Source of the DNA: Negativicutes bacterium
Lineage (GTDB): Bacteria; Bacillota; Negativicutes; UBA1444
Length of the DNA stretch: 64,000 bases
Direction of reading: 5' to 3'
Assembly (NCBI GenBank): GCA_963665275.2
Contig: CAXXIN010000017.1
Location: forward strand, 32,001-96,000
In this document: positions 1 through 10,313 of the stretch, one piece after another
Position numbering within the stretch: position 1 is the stretch's first letter
Layout of the letters: each line of letters begins with the position of its first letter
The notes under the pieces: model-generated
Databases searched by the model: none
What the model was told of the DNA's origin: nothing
The model's input: the letters and a program-made list of their open reading frames with translations, nothing else
Made by a program: the position numbers and the translations under genes

Positions 1-1589
1 TCTACCCACCGCTCCTCTTTTTCTTCGGCTTTCGGGTCATGACGCACACGTTGGAGTACTTTATAGCCCAGCCAAGGGCTCACTACGAATGCCACCAGCA
101 GTGAAAACAGCATGGCAGCAGAGGCTCCGACTGGAATGGGACGCATGTAGGGACCCATCAGCCCGGACACAAACGCCATGGGTAATAATGCCGCGATAAC
201 TGCAAATGTGGCCAAAATGGTCGGATTGCCTACTTCGTCGACTGCTTCGACAGCATTCTCAGGCGACACCCCATGAAGAGCGAATCGCCGGTGGATGTTT
301 TCCACCACCACGATAGCGTCATCCACGAGAATCCCGATAGAAAAAATCAAAGCAAACAACGTTACCCGGTTCAGCGTGTATCCATATAAATAATTGACGA
401 GCAACGTCAGTGATAGCGTTACAGGCACCGCCACAGCGACCACAATCGCTTCGCGCCACCCCAGAGCCCACGCGATCAGGAACACGACCGACACTGTGGC
501 CAGAAACATGTGAAACAACAGTTCGTCCGATTTTTCTTTGGCTGTCTCCCCATAGTTGCGCGTGATCGTGTATTCGACTTCCGATGGCAAGATGCCGCCG
601 CGCAGTGACTCGACCCTATGCATCAAATCCTCGGTAAACCGGGTCGCATTGGTCCCCTTCTTTTTGGCAAAACTGAGGGTTACCGCTTCATGTAGGCCGG
701 TGCCGCCTGCACGCACACCCTTGGACTGTGCAGCCGGTCCTACGCCGAACATTACATGATTCGCCGGCTCTTCCGGGCCATCCCGGATTTCTGCCACATC
801 CCGCAAGTATACGGGACGTCCATTATTCACGCTGACGATCACAGACCCGACTTCAGCCGCAGTCCGCAAGAAACCGCCCGCTTCCACCCGGTACTCCTTA
901 TTTCCCTTGGCAAAAGACCCAGCCGGCACCAAAACATTGGATTGCTCCAATGCGTTGACGGCCTGAAAAGCCGAGGATCCATAGGCAGCCAACCGCAATG
1001 AATCCAGAATAACACGCACCTGTCTGTGCTGACCGCCGATAATATTGATTTCAGATGCATCATTCAGACGCTTCAATTCTTCCGAGATATCCTGTGCCAC
1101 CCGACGCAATTCATAGCCGCTCCATCGATCCTGCCGGCTCCATAGTGTCAACGCCAATACAGGGACATCATCAATCGAGCGTGATTTCACAATGGGTTGA
1201 GATACTCCGGGCGGAATCCGGTCATAATTCGATGCCAGTTTGGTCTGCAAACGAACCAGGCTGGCTTCAACATTCTGTCCGACCAGGAATCGGACAATCG
1301 TCATATTCATTCCCGGCTGAGCAATGGAATAGACATATTCGACGCCTTCCACTTCCCACAGCAACGCTTCCATCGGGCGGCTGACCCGGTCTTCCACTTC
1401 TGTTGCCGAGGCCCCGGGATAGGAAACCATCACGTCAATCATCGGCACAATAATCTGCGGTTCTTCTTCCCGCGGCGTCACCATCGTGGCGAACACGCCG
1501 AGCAGTAACGCAAAAGCAACAAACAGCGGTGTCAGTTTCGAATGCAGGAAAGAACGGGCAATTCGACCAGAAATACCAACGCCGGTCAT
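1..1589 (-). CDS. RND efflux transporter permease (AcrB/AcrD/AcrF family), 5' part; runs off the window edge
   Basis: Manual translation from ATG 1589: [23 protein letters not shown]...[11 protein letters not shown]...[27 protein letters not shown] (RND TM4 signature). ATGA overlap with the upstream MFP stop. Confidence 0.93.
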   Translation of the reverse strand, partial: MTGVGISGRIARSFLHSKLTPLFVAFALLLGVFATMVTPREEEPQIIVPMIDVMVSYPGASATEVEDRVSRPMEALLWEVEGVEYVYSIAQPGMNMTIVRFLVGQNVEASLVRLQTKLASNYDRIPPGVSQPIVKSRSIDDVPVLALTLWSRQDRWSGYELRRVAQDISEELKRLNDASEINIIGGQHRQVRVILDSLRLAAYGSSAFQAVNALEQSNVLVPAGSFAKGNKEYRVEAGGFLRTAAEVGSVIVSVNNGRPVYLRDVAEIRDGPEEPANHVMFGVGPAAQSKGVRAGGTGLHEAVTLSFAKKKGTNATRFTEDLMHRVESLRGGILPSEVEYTITRNYGETAKEKSDELLFHMFLATVSVVFLIAWALGWREAIVVAVAVPVTLSLTLLVNYLYGYTLNRVTLFALIFSIGILVDDAIVVVENIHRRFALHGVSPENAVEAVDEVGNPTILATFAVIAALLPMAFVSGLMGPYMRPIPVGASAAMLFSLLVAFVVSPWLGYKVLQRVRHDPKAEEKEERWV

Positions 1590-2659
1590 GGTTTTTTCAC
1601 CTCAGCCAGCTTGCCTCCGTCGATGGCTTTCTCGATGCCGTTCACCACGATCTGCTCTCCGTCGCCCAACCCGGACAGGATTTCAGTATCACCAGCGAAA
1701 ACGCGTCCGACCTTCACCGGACGAAACGCCACTACTCCGTCGGAAGCCACTGCGTATACCCCGTCGAGTTGTCCCTTGCGGATCAGTGCTTTGGTCGAAA
1801 CGAGCAACAACCGCTCCCTTATTCCGGGGAATGACACTCGGGCGTAAAGTCCGCTGCGCAAATTCGGTCCCATGGCAGAAACTTTGACATAAAAAGTTCG
1901 GGATGATGAATCAATTGAGGGGGAAATCTCCAACACTTTTCCGCTGCCGCTGACGTCTAGCGATGGCAAACTGACAGTGACCGCTTCTCCAATAGATAGT
2001 CGGGATGCCCAACGTTCTTCCAGGTTGGTTTCCACTACAAAGGTCGATGGATCATCCACTGCCAGCAATGTTTGTCCAGGGGACACCATCGTGCCAACAT
2101 CAACGCGACGATCGGATACTACGCCGTCCACGGGAGCTGTTACACGGGAAAATGCCAGAGTTGCGGCGGCTCTGTCATAGTCCGATTCGGCTATCTTCCT
2201 TTGTGCTGCCGCGATATCGAAATCCTGCCGTGAAATAGCACCGGAGTCAGCCAACCTCTTGTAACGTTCAAAAGTGGCCTGAGCCAAACTTCGCTGCGCG
2301 GCCGCTGCACTTGACTGCGCCGCCACATCGCGGGCTTCAATTTCCAATAACAATTGCCCGGCATGGACAGCTTCGCCCTGCCGAACATGAACCGCCAGAA
2401 CGGTTCCCATAAGTTTACTTGACAATACACTGACGGTACCTGCTTTTACAGTACCCACGCTCTCATGGGGCGCATCCACCTCGCGGAATTGAACCGTCCC
2501 CACCTCGACACCTGATACCAAAGGACGCTTCGGCTCCGTTGTCCCTGGTGTTTTGCCGCAGCCGGAAATCAAAACTACGATCCAGAGCGACGCCACCACC
2601 ACGCCGATCATTGTCCGTCGCATGTTGACCCAGCGAATATCTCGAGTGCTTTGTTTCAT
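1586..2659 (-). CDS. RND efflux periplasmic adaptor (membrane fusion protein), lipoprotein
   Basis: Lipobox LISGC, lipoyl half-motifs ([13 protein letters not shown]; APVDGVV), alpha-hairpin; adjacent to RND permease. Confidence 0.92.
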   Translation of the reverse strand: MKQSTRDIRWVNMRRTMIGVVVASLWIVVLISGCGKTPGTTEPKRPLVSGVEVGTVQFREVDAPHESVGTVKAGTVSVLSSKLMGTVLAVHVRQGEAVHAGQLLLEIEARDVAAQSSAAAAQRSLAQATFERYKRLADSGAISRQDFDIAAAQRKIAESDYDRAAATLAFSRVTAPVDGVVSDRRVDVGTMVSPGQTLLAVDDPSTFVVETNLEERWASRLSIGEAVTVSLPSLDVSGSGKVLEISPSIDSSSRTFYVKVSAMGPNLRSGLYARVSFPGIRERLLLVSTKALIRKGQLDGVYAVASDGVVAFRPVKVGRVFAGDTEILSGLGDGEQIVVNGIEKAIDGGKLAEVKKP

Positions 2660-2824
2660 TCTTTCGCCCCGCCATCCCCCCCGGAGGGGGTATATTTGTT
2701 TTCATGATACACTATGCGCAGGCTTATTGCAATTATTTGGGTGAAATGCTACGAAGGAATAAAACAGTTGCCCCCCCTTGCGTTCATCGGAAGTGTATTT
2801 CCACAGAATACTGACTTGCGAAGA

Positions 2825-4195
2825 TCATTCATTCCTGCCGTTTTTATGAACAATCCCATATTCATATAGTTTTTTGTACAATTGCTTGCGATCCACGCCG
2901 GTCTGACGGGAAAGCTCCGCCACATTTCCCTCGTATGCCTCATACTGTGATTGAAAGTAATTTCTCTCAAAAATCCGCCGTGCTTCTGCAAAACCTATTC
3001 CGGCTGATGAGTGGCAAACACCCGTCCCATCCAACCTCAGCGCATCCACATCGATTTTGTCACCTCGGACTAAGGCAACTGCCGCCTCCATGGCATTTTT
3101 CAATTCCCTGACATTCCCTGGCCAATCGTAGCCGCGCAGTCTGCGTTCCGCCGCAGAAGAAATTTTTAGCACGGAACGCTTTTGCTCAACTGCGAAGTGT
3201 CGCAAAAAATGTCCGGCAAGGGGCAGAATGTCCTCCCGCCGCTCCCGCAATGGCGGCACCTGAAGTCGTATGGTATTAAGGCGATAATATAAATCATCAC
3301 GAAACTGTTTCGTCGCAATTTTCTTCGTTAAATCTTGATTTGTGGCTGAAATCAGGCGAAAATCTACCGGGACCGCCGTTGATCCACCAACTGGTTCAAT
3401 AACATGAGTTTCCAATACGCGCAGCATTTTTACCTGAGTTGGCAGCTCCAAATCACCAATCTCGTCCATAAACAGGGTTCCGCCGGCAACCATCTGTATT
3501 TTCCCCACCTTACCGGTAGTCCGTGCCCCCGTAAAAGCACCTCCCCTGTATCCGAACAACTCGCTCTCTATCAACGTCGTTGCATACGCCTGACAGTTAA
3601 TCGCCACAAATGGCCGGGTAGTCCGATGACTTCTGTCATGGATGAAGCGGGCGACGACTTCTTTGCCGACACCGCTTTCTCCTGTTATCAACACATTCAC
3701 GTCGCTTTTTGCCAAAACAGCCGCTTCTTCAAATATATGACGCATGCGCAGGCTTTCTCCGACAAAAAGCCCCCCCTTGATCTCCTGAATCTCTTCACGC
3801 AACAGAATATTATCATTCTTCAAACGGCGCATCTCTATGGCTTTTTCGATCGTCAGGCAGATTTCATCTTGATTCACCGGTTTCAAGAAATAGCCAAATG
3901 CGCCAGCTTTCATAGCTTCCACCGCTTCGGCCACGCTACCATACCCTGTAAGCATGATGACCGGGGTATCCTGCCCATATTTTTCCCGAAAACTCCGAAA
4001 AAATTCAAGCCCGCTGATTCCCGGCATCAACATGTCGGTGATCACCACATCAAAGGTTTTTTCAGTCACTACACGCAAAGCCTGCTCGCCCGAGTTCACG
4101 AGCTGCACGGTGAATCCCTTACGTTTCAAAATCAGCGCGAAACTGTGTCCGAACTCTTCATCGTCTTCCACTAACAGTATTCTGCCTGTCCCCAT
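2825..4195 (-). CDS. Sigma54-dependent response regulator (NtrC/AtoC family)
   Basis: Receiver domain (LLVEDD, TDMLMP), Walker A GESGVGKE, ESELFG..GAFTGA, WPGNVREL, C-terminal Fis-type HTH. Confidence 0.95.
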   Translation of the reverse strand: MGTGRILLVEDDEEFGHSFALILKRKGFTVQLVNSGEQALRVVTEKTFDVVITDMLMPGISGLEFFRSFREKYGQDTPVIMLTGYGSVAEAVEAMKAGAFGYFLKPVNQDEICLTIEKAIEMRRLKNDNILLREEIQEIKGGLFVGESLRMRHIFEEAAVLAKSDVNVLITGESGVGKEVVARFIHDRSHRTTRPFVAINCQAYATTLIESELFGYRGGAFTGARTTGKVGKIQMVAGGTLFMDEIGDLELPTQVKMLRVLETHVIEPVGGSTAVPVDFRLISATNQDLTKKIATKQFRDDLYYRLNTIRLQVPPLRERREDILPLAGHFLRHFAVEQKRSVLKISSAAERRLRGYDWPGNVRELKNAMEAAVALVRGDKIDVDALRLDGTGVCHSSAGIGFAEARRIFERNYFQSQYEAYEGNVAELSRQTGVDRKQLYKKLYEYGIVHKNGRNE

Positions 4196-4207
4196 CCCAT
4201 TGCCCCC

Positions 4208-6208
4208 TTAATGCGCCAAAAAACTTATCGTGAAACGCGTTGGCCCTCCGGGTGCGGAATCTACCGTCACGGAACCACCCAATCGTTTCACTTCATTGTA
4301 CACGAGATACAGTCCAAGTCCGGTTCCCCGATCCGGCCCCTTGGTAGTAAAAAACGGATTAAATATTTTCTCCATATGCTCGGGCTGAATTCCGCTGCCG
4401 GTATCTTCCACGATTATGGAAAACCCATTTGAAGTCGTACCGTAGCCAACATTTATGGCACCCTTCTTGTCAATCGCATCGATTCCGTTCAACACCAGAT
4501 TGAACAAAATATGTTGCATCGCCCCGATGTCGGATTGTACTTGAAAGTCTGCTTCACCGCTTACCGTAATCGAAACTTTCTTTTTTTGCGCAGTCTTGCC
4601 CACGAGCAACAGAATTTGGTCCACTACTTCTCTCATACGAAAAACCGAAATATCCGGCGTACGATCCCGCGAAAAATCCAATAGGTTTCGTATTACGGCT
4701 TCACTTCGCTCAACGAGTTTTCGGATGCCACGCAGCGCATCCTCAACATCCGCTTCCGCATCGGACCTGATACCTGCAGCAAAACGTTCTTCCAAAATAT
4801 AAACATAATTTGAAATTGCGCCCAGAGGATTCCTAATTTCATGAGCAACGCCAGCAGCCAATGTTCCCACTGCCTGCATTTTTTGCGATTGGATCAGCTC
4901 TGCGCCCTTTTTGCGAACAATGGTGATATCACGCAAAGCGCAAACCACTTGGCTTGCCTTGCCGATTTCATCAAAAACGGGATAGGCGGTAACCGTGTAT
5001 AACCGGTCGTCCACATCAATCTCTACTGACTGCGGCGAGCCCGCATTGATGGTCTGTCTCAGATAGCATTGCTCACAATCATGCCGCCGTCCAACTACAT
5101 CACAGTAGGACTTTCCCAACAATCCGACATTGCTTGAAACGCCGGCAAATTCCAGTCCGGATTGGTTCACTTCCAATATGGTAAAGTTGCCGTCCATAAC
5201 AAACAAAGCATCCGTGATTGCGTCAAAAACCGCTGCCAGTTCATTGGATTTGCGGATCAACGCTCGCTCCGACAAACGCAGTTGACTTGACTTGAGGCCC
5301 AATTCACGTTCCAGATCGTTCGTATTGCTACGCATATCACTATAGGTTTGGGCATTAAGAACCGCAATGGCCATTTGATTTGAAATCATCTGCAGCAGCA
5401 TCAGATGTCGATCGCCAAATTGCAGCGGTTCGCGATGAAACAAAGCCAGCACCCCAACCAAACGCTCACCGACATACAGGGGATAGAGAATGAAAGATTC
5501 AAAGCCAAGCGCCTCATAGATCTCCTGAATCCAGTCTGGGTGGATGCTATATAGAGGAACCAATACCGGAGCCCGATGTTTCAGGCAATTTTTGATGATC
5601 CCGTGCTGAAAATCCACCATACAGAACAAAGCACGCTGCGCATCCGTCATATTCCAAGTAGCAAATACACCAATTTCTTTATCGGTAACATTGTAGAGCA
5701 AGCTGCGATCTGCACCGACCAATTCCGCCGCTTTCATCGTGACATCGATGCAAATTGAATGAAAATCAAGGTTGGAGTTGATACTGGCCGAAATTTCGTA
5801 TACCTTGCGCAGCTGTTCCGGTCGAAGCGCCAACATGCCTGAATCGCTGCCGGCAAAAGGAATAGATGGGCAGTCTTCCGTATGGGGCAACAGTTCCCCT
5901 TCCAATACAATCTGGTTGAAAACGCATAGTTCGTCAGTAACCCAACTGGCCCGGCCGCAAAACACACTTTGTATACTGCCGGGAGTCCTCACAGGCAAGC
6001 GTCCAATCCATCTGTAATTGAAAGATTCCCTCTCAATGCGGCTGTAAAGCGGCGACGCCCCAAACACGCTTCGTACGGCATCGGCATCTCCCTGCGCCGG
6101 AAGCCCCAACAAGTCCTGCGCTGCTTGATCAGACCAGACAAGATGATTTCGACTATCGATAATCAGGCTCAGTGCCATAACTGTATGCCTCTTTTCGTTA
6201 CGCTTCAT
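4208..6208 (-). CDS. Soluble GAF-PAS sensor histidine kinase
   Basis: H-box GVAHEIRNPL, N-box NLVLNGIDA, G1/F/G2 DTGSGI..FNPFFTTK..GTGLGL; upstream GAF and PAS regions; no TM segment. Confidence 0.93.
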   Translation of the reverse strand: MKRNEKRHTVMALSLIIDSRNHLVWSDQAAQDLLGLPAQGDADAVRSVFGASPLYSRIERESFNYRWIGRLPVRTPGSIQSVFCGRASWVTDELCVFNQIVLEGELLPHTEDCPSIPFAGSDSGMLALRPEQLRKVYEISASINSNLDFHSICIDVTMKAAELVGADRSLLYNVTDKEIGVFATWNMTDAQRALFCMVDFQHGIIKNCLKHRAPVLVPLYSIHPDWIQEIYEALGFESFILYPLYVGERLVGVLALFHREPLQFGDRHLMLLQMISNQMAIAVLNAQTYSDMRSNTNDLERELGLKSSQLRLSERALIRKSNELAAVFDAITDALFVMDGNFTILEVNQSGLEFAGVSSNVGLLGKSYCDVVGRRHDCEQCYLRQTINAGSPQSVEIDVDDRLYTVTAYPVFDEIGKASQVVCALRDITIVRKKGAELIQSQKMQAVGTLAAGVAHEIRNPLGAISNYVYILEERFAAGIRSDAEADVEDALRGIRKLVERSEAVIRNLLDFSRDRTPDISVFRMREVVDQILLLVGKTAQKKKVSITVSGEADFQVQSDIGAMQHILFNLVLNGIDAIDKKGAINVGYGTTSNGFSIIVEDTGSGIQPEHMEKIFNPFFTTKGPDRGTGLGLYLVYNEVKRLGGSVTVDSAPGGPTRFTISFLAH

Positions 6209-6225
6209 ACTATGATATTTCGCTA

Positions 6226-6260
6226 CAAAAGGAGAGCATCCTGCTGAACGCTCTCCTTTG
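6226..6260 (-). terminator. Intrinsic terminator after the membrane-protein gene
   Basis: Minus strand aaaggagagc-gttcagcaggat-gctctcctttt. Confidence 0.65.
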
Positions 6261-6294
6261 CCATATCATTGATTAAAATTCCTCGTAAAGGATT

Positions 6295-7536
6295 TTATTG
6301 TTTTTTTGTGATGCGTTTGCCGGGCCAACCATCCATAAACCAGTTGTGATAGAGCATCACGATAATAAACAAAATTACCGGCGCCATCGGGAACTGCTGT
6401 GGATGTGAATAGCCTGCCTGTGTTCCGAGCAATCCGGGGCTCACAGCATAGTAACCATAGTGGACTACAAAAGTTGACACGATTACGATCACGGTCCTGA
6501 CCAGCAAATTTACTTCGGTACTAAATTTGCGCGGCCAATTGTCGAAATAGAAATAAAGAACCAATGCCACCGCCAGCATCATCACCGCCAATTCACCGGT
6601 GTGGAGGTAACGCCAATCCGGGGCCATGATTCGCTTTGCGCCTTCTATGGAAGCGCCCCAGACCAAGTCTTGCATGAAAACGAAAGTGACGAACAACAAT
6701 AGCGCGACGAACAGTATCCAAAAGAAGCCGGCAATGCCGCGCAACGGCTGTGTCTTTATCAGACAGAACGGATATTTTTCCCAAATGGTTTCGACCATCC
6801 AGACGGCGGCGGTTCCGCACATGATCCAGCCTACATTGAAATTACCGCTCAACGTATGCGCAAACTCATACCACCAGGGAAATGCCGCTGTATAAACCTG
6901 CCACGGATAGAACAGCACGTCATAATGCGGGTGCATAAAGACCAGAAATGCATAGGTCGTTAATAAGAAGGTAAAGGCAAACACTGTGAAGCCCTTTGCC
7001 GGTTGTTGCAACCCATGCCAGGGATAGTTTTCAAAAGCCGCAGGCCATATCGGGCTGAGCCAGGAAGCAATCGCGGCGAACATCAGGACTGCCAGAGAAG
7101 AATATTCACGGGCAAAGAAGTCTGTCATGCCAAGCTTTTGAAGCTCCGGCCAACTTAAATACGGCATTGATAATTTTCCCATGAAAGCATAGAAAAAGCC
7201 CCAAATTACGAGTCCTGTAATTGCAAAATTAATTCCTGTTAAAATGATCCCTTTTTTCGCGGGATGTGTGTTTTCCATCCATTTCGGACTAAACGGCCAA
7301 AAATCAAAGATATAGGCTTGCCAGATGGCGACAATCAATAACCATCGAATATACATATAGCCGTATTGCGGTGTGTACCAACGCAATATTCCCCTTGGAT
7401 CCATGAATATCCACCACAGCCCCAAAAAAACGCCAAAGGAGAGTAGTACGCCAAGAATTCCTCTAAAAGGTTGTGTTAATAAATTTGCGATGTTGCGTTT
7501 TTCAAGCCATAATGTATCCAAATTTTCGTTTTTCAC
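6295..7536 (-). CDS. Multipass membrane protein, putative transporter (resembles proteins loosely annotated as AAT-family amino acid transporter)
   Basis: About 10 hydrophobic segments, Trp/Tyr rich, repeated (D/N)xWP/YP motifs, WWIFMDPRG; GTG start with GAGG RBS. Confidence 0.7.
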   Translation of the reverse strand: MKNENLDTLWLEKRNIANLLTQPFRGILGVLLSFGVFLGLWWIFMDPRGILRWYTPQYGYMYIRWLLIVAIWQAYIFDFWPFSPKWMENTHPAKKGIILTGINFAITGLVIWGFFYAFMGKLSMPYLSWPELQKLGMTDFFAREYSSLAVLMFAAIASWLSPIWPAAFENYPWHGLQQPAKGFTVFAFTFLLTTYAFLVFMHPHYDVLFYPWQVYTAAFPWWYEFAHTLSGNFNVGWIMCGTAAVWMVETIWEKYPFCLIKTQPLRGIAGFFWILFVALLLFVTFVFMQDLVWGASIEGAKRIMAPDWRYLHTGELAVMMLAVALVLYFYFDNWPRKFSTEVNLLVRTVIVIVSTFVVHYGYYAVSPGLLGTQAGYSHPQQFPMAPVILFIIVMLYHNWFMDGWPGKRITKKQ

Positions 7537-7557
7537 AGTCCAACCCTCCTATCAGTA

Positions 7558-8649
7558 TCAGGCAAATATCAGTTCGTCTCCATTGCCAAGGTATATGTCA
7601 CGTTTGCTGCCGTTTTTCGCGGTCCCTTTGATAAGCGGCAAGCCTGCAGCGACCATTTTTTCCGCCGTAACGTAGCCAGTACAATGGTTCGGCCCCAATT
7701 TTTCGATGCCATACCTATGCAACGCCAGCACAAGGTCATCGTATTGCGGATCCCAGTCTTCAAACGGAGAAATATGCAATCCGCCTTGAACTCCATATAT
7801 TTTCTCGCCACCGGCTATGTGATGTTTCACATATTCCATATATGTGATGATTCCCATGTGGCAACAGCCGGTAACAAGGACAATTCCTTTGTCCTTCACA
7901 TTAAACACGAAGGCCTGCTCACCGAATACACGCGTGATAATAGGAACATCAAACGTGAGCAACGCCACGCCGGGATAGATCAGATTCGGTTTGCTCGAAT
8001 CCAAAACGGTAAGCTTGCCGGTATGGGGATAATCGTTTTTCACCTTTGCTTTGGGAAATGCTTTTCCATGCAGCAAATCAAACCCGTCCTGATAAAACCC
8101 TTTAGGAACATAAATCGGCAATTTCGTATTAAATTTGGTCATGGCCTCAATGCCCCAATAATGGTCGAAGTGCTCATGACTGCTGACGAAGCAGTCAATT
8201 TCGTTATTGGCTAGCATTTTATCAATGCCTTCTTCTCGATAGCGTTTTTCCATCCAGACGGGGTTCCATCCGGTGTCCAGGAGAATCTTTTTCTTGCTGC
8301 CATCCATAAGTTCGACATCGATCAGAGTAGAAAATCCCCCTGCATTATTGCCCTGGAAGCCTTCTTTTACACCTTCTGACGTCCAGGGGATCTCATATTG
8401 GTTGACCAGCAATCCACCAGCTTTTTTCAGATCGTCAAGCAGGACCTTGTTGCTGAACCAGCTGGTCTCGGAAATCACCTTGACTTTCAATGACTTAACC
8501 ATCCCGATATCAACTTTGGACGGCTCGTTGACAACCAGCATTTTGTCTTTGAAAACAGTGGATGACAAGCCGGCACTGGCAAAATAGCCTGCAACAGTTC
8601 CTACCGCCATGCCTTTGATGAATGAACGTCTCGTTACATCATTTCCCAT
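7558..8649 (-). CDS. Tat-exported metallo-beta-lactamase-fold hydrolase (MJ0301/DHPS-like family)
   Basis: Start ATG 8649 with AGGAGG RBS; twin-arginine signal TRRSFIKGMAVGTVAG; motifs LLDTG, SHEHFDH, GCCH, GGLH, HCTG. Confidence 0.85.
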   Translation of the reverse strand: MGNDVTRRSFIKGMAVGTVAGYFASAGLSSTVFKDKMLVVNEPSKVDIGMVKSLKVKVISETSWFSNKVLLDDLKKAGGLLVNQYEIPWTSEGVKEGFQGNNAGGFSTLIDVELMDGSKKKILLDTGWNPVWMEKRYREEGIDKMLANNEIDCFVSSHEHFDHYWGIEAMTKFNTKLPIYVPKGFYQDGFDLLHGKAFPKAKVKNDYPHTGKLTVLDSSKPNLIYPGVALLTFDVPIITRVFGEQAFVFNVKDKGIVLVTGCCHMGIITYMEYVKHHIAGGEKIYGVQGGLHISPFEDWDPQYDDLVLALHRYGIEKLGPNHCTGYVTAEKMVAAGLPLIKGTAKNGSKRDIYLGNGDELIFA

Positions 8650-8666
8650 GGATATCGCCTCCTTCC

Positions 8667-8783
8667 TCATGCAGCCAGTATCAGCATTTTCCAGGTAAAA
8701 AGCCACAATGCCAATCCGATGATCACCCCGACCAATGTTCCGACCAGATATTTGCTTTTACTCTCCCCACGTTCTTCCTCCAC
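8667..8783 (-). CDS. 38-aa single-TM membrane peptide (not in ORF track)
   Basis: AAGGAGG RBS, GTG start; MEEERGESKSKYLVGTLVGVIIGLALWLFTWKMLILAA*; stop abuts the RBS of the Tat-MBL gene. Confidence 0.7.
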   Translation of the reverse strand: MEEERGESKSKYLVGTLVGVIIGLALWLFTWKMLILAA

Positions 8784-8882
8784 AATGCTCCTCCTTTTTC
8801 GGAGATTTGCTTGCAACTGCTCAAATCTCCACTTTATCTATCTCAGGCAAGAATCCTTGCTCCCTGGCAAGCGTTCTTCCCA

Positions 8883-9707
8883 TTACGACTGCATCCGCCT
8901 GCAGACTGACAAGTGACGGGTCGTTGAAGATACAACTGCGTTCAAGGTTCGTCCGTCACTGGTGAATTCTAGCCCATCCCGCTCCCCGGTAGACTCATCG
9001 ACGCGCGCAAATCCATGTAGTTCCTGCCACCCATCAGCAAATCGACGCGCGACAAAATCAGTCAACATCCACCCGGGAAACTCCCTGTCGATGTCGCCCC
9101 GTCGCAGAACTTTCATCGTATTCCCCTCTTGATTGGGAATGTAGTAATTCTCCGTCATTTGAACCCGCCACCAGTCTTGACTCTCCCAAGACACTTCACA
9201 ATGTTGTCCCTCCCGATGGGATAGCGTCATCTGGCCCGCCAGGAAAAAATCCGCCGGAATCTCTGAAGACCATTCAATATTGGGTGCGCCGGTACTGCCC
9301 TGCAAGTCTTCAAACCGAACACCATGATGGTGAGCTTCGCCATGGCAGGCGCAACCGGTTTCACCCTCGTTCCAGGCCGCAGGCACCGTTTGGAACACCG
9401 CGCTCATCCGGCAAACCTGCTCCAGTACGGATAACCCTGCAAACACCTTTTCCTGCGGCTGGGGGTAGTATTTTATCTGAAATAACGCCTGCCAGTCCCA
9501 TTCAGATGTGTTCCTGCACTCGACCATGCCCAACTTAAAAACCCCTGGCCAATCAGCAAACCACAGATACCAATAGGGGTGCGTATCATGCATCTGGCTG
9601 ATGTATCGCAGCCCCAGGCGCTGCCGCAACGCCTCGTCGGCAAAACAAAGCGTCCAATAATGGTTGAGCGAACCTTCGCCGAGAATTAACCGGTCTGTAT
9701 CCATCAT
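8883..9707 (-). CDS. Hypothetical protein with Cys/His patch (CACHGEAHHH); true end may be 8821 via a frameshift
   Basis: 274-aa ORF with ATGA overlap to the upstream gene; an alternative frame from ~8940 runs to TGA at 8821. Confidence 0.7.
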   Translation of the reverse strand: MMDTDRLILGEGSLNHYWTLCFADEALRQRLGLRYISQMHDTHPYWYLWFADWPGVFKLGMVECRNTSEWDWQALFQIKYYPQPQEKVFAGLSVLEQVCRMSAVFQTVPAAWNEGETGCACHGEAHHHGVRFEDLQGSTGAPNIEWSSEIPADFFLAGQMTLSHREGQHCEVSWESQDWWRVQMTENYYIPNQEGNTMKVLRRGDIDREFPGWMLTDFVARRFADGWQELHGFARVDESTGERDGLEFTSDGRTLNAVVSSTTRHLSVCRRMQS

Positions 9708-10045
9708 CGTGATTCCGCCTCCTTTTGATCTTTCCCCAGAAAGATATCCCGTATGACATCCATCTTGCTTCGCCCTTCATAATCAATACCCAATCGAATG
9801 GCTTCATCGACCGTCATATCCCAAGGCATTTCTGACAACAGAGCATAACTATAAATCGGCGAAGAAAAATAACCCTCCATCACCGTTCTGTCAGCGACAA
9901 GTTCTGCATTATCTATTACAGAACTGACGGACAAGGGTGTTGTTGCCGCTTCATCCAGCATTCCCATCAGGGGCGCCACCTTATTCAGCAACTTTCCCAT
10001 TCCCTTGCATGACAAAAAATCGCGTCGGCTCATCTGTTGAGGCAT
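9704..10045 (-). CDS. Hypothetical protein with N-terminal SRRDFL motif
   Basis: 113-aa ORF, first gene after the sigma54 promoter; RR motif not followed by a clear hydrophobic h-region. Confidence 0.7.
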   Translation of the reverse strand: MPQQMSRRDFLSCKGMGKLLNKVAPLMGMLDEAATTPLSVSSVIDNAELVADRTVMEGYFSSPIYSYALLSEMPWDMTVDEAIRLGIDYEGRSKMDVIRDIFLGKDQKEAESR

Positions 10046-10097
10046 CCCATTTCACCATCCAAACTTATTGAAATCTTCAGTATACTTTCCTTATATA

Positions 10098-10113
10098 TGC
10101 AACATTCATGCCA
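10098..10113 (-). promoter_or_regulatory. Sigma54 (-24/-12) promoter
   Basis: Minus strand TGGCATGAATGTTGCA matches TGGCA-N6-TTGCA with exact GG-N10-GC spacing, ~50 nt upstream of ATG 10045. Confidence 0.8.
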
Positions 10114-10240
10114 CTTGATGGAAACCTCGACCAATCCCATATTTCCGCCATTTCATTTGGCAAGGGCTTATTCAATCTGTTGATGTTTCGTATGCTTTTT
10201 ACTACATCCCCGGTCTTTCGCGTGGTAGTTTTCCTACAAT

Positions 10241-10275
10241 AAAAAAACCTCTGGCGGCATGGCAACCACCAGAGG
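10241..10275 (-). terminator. Intrinsic terminator after the cytoplasmic MBL gene
   Basis: Minus strand cctctggtgg-ttgccatg-ccgccagagg followed by a U tract. Confidence 0.75.
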
Positions 10276-10313
10276 AACTTGCTTCATTTAGTTTTTGTTT
10301 TAAGTTCTTAGTT

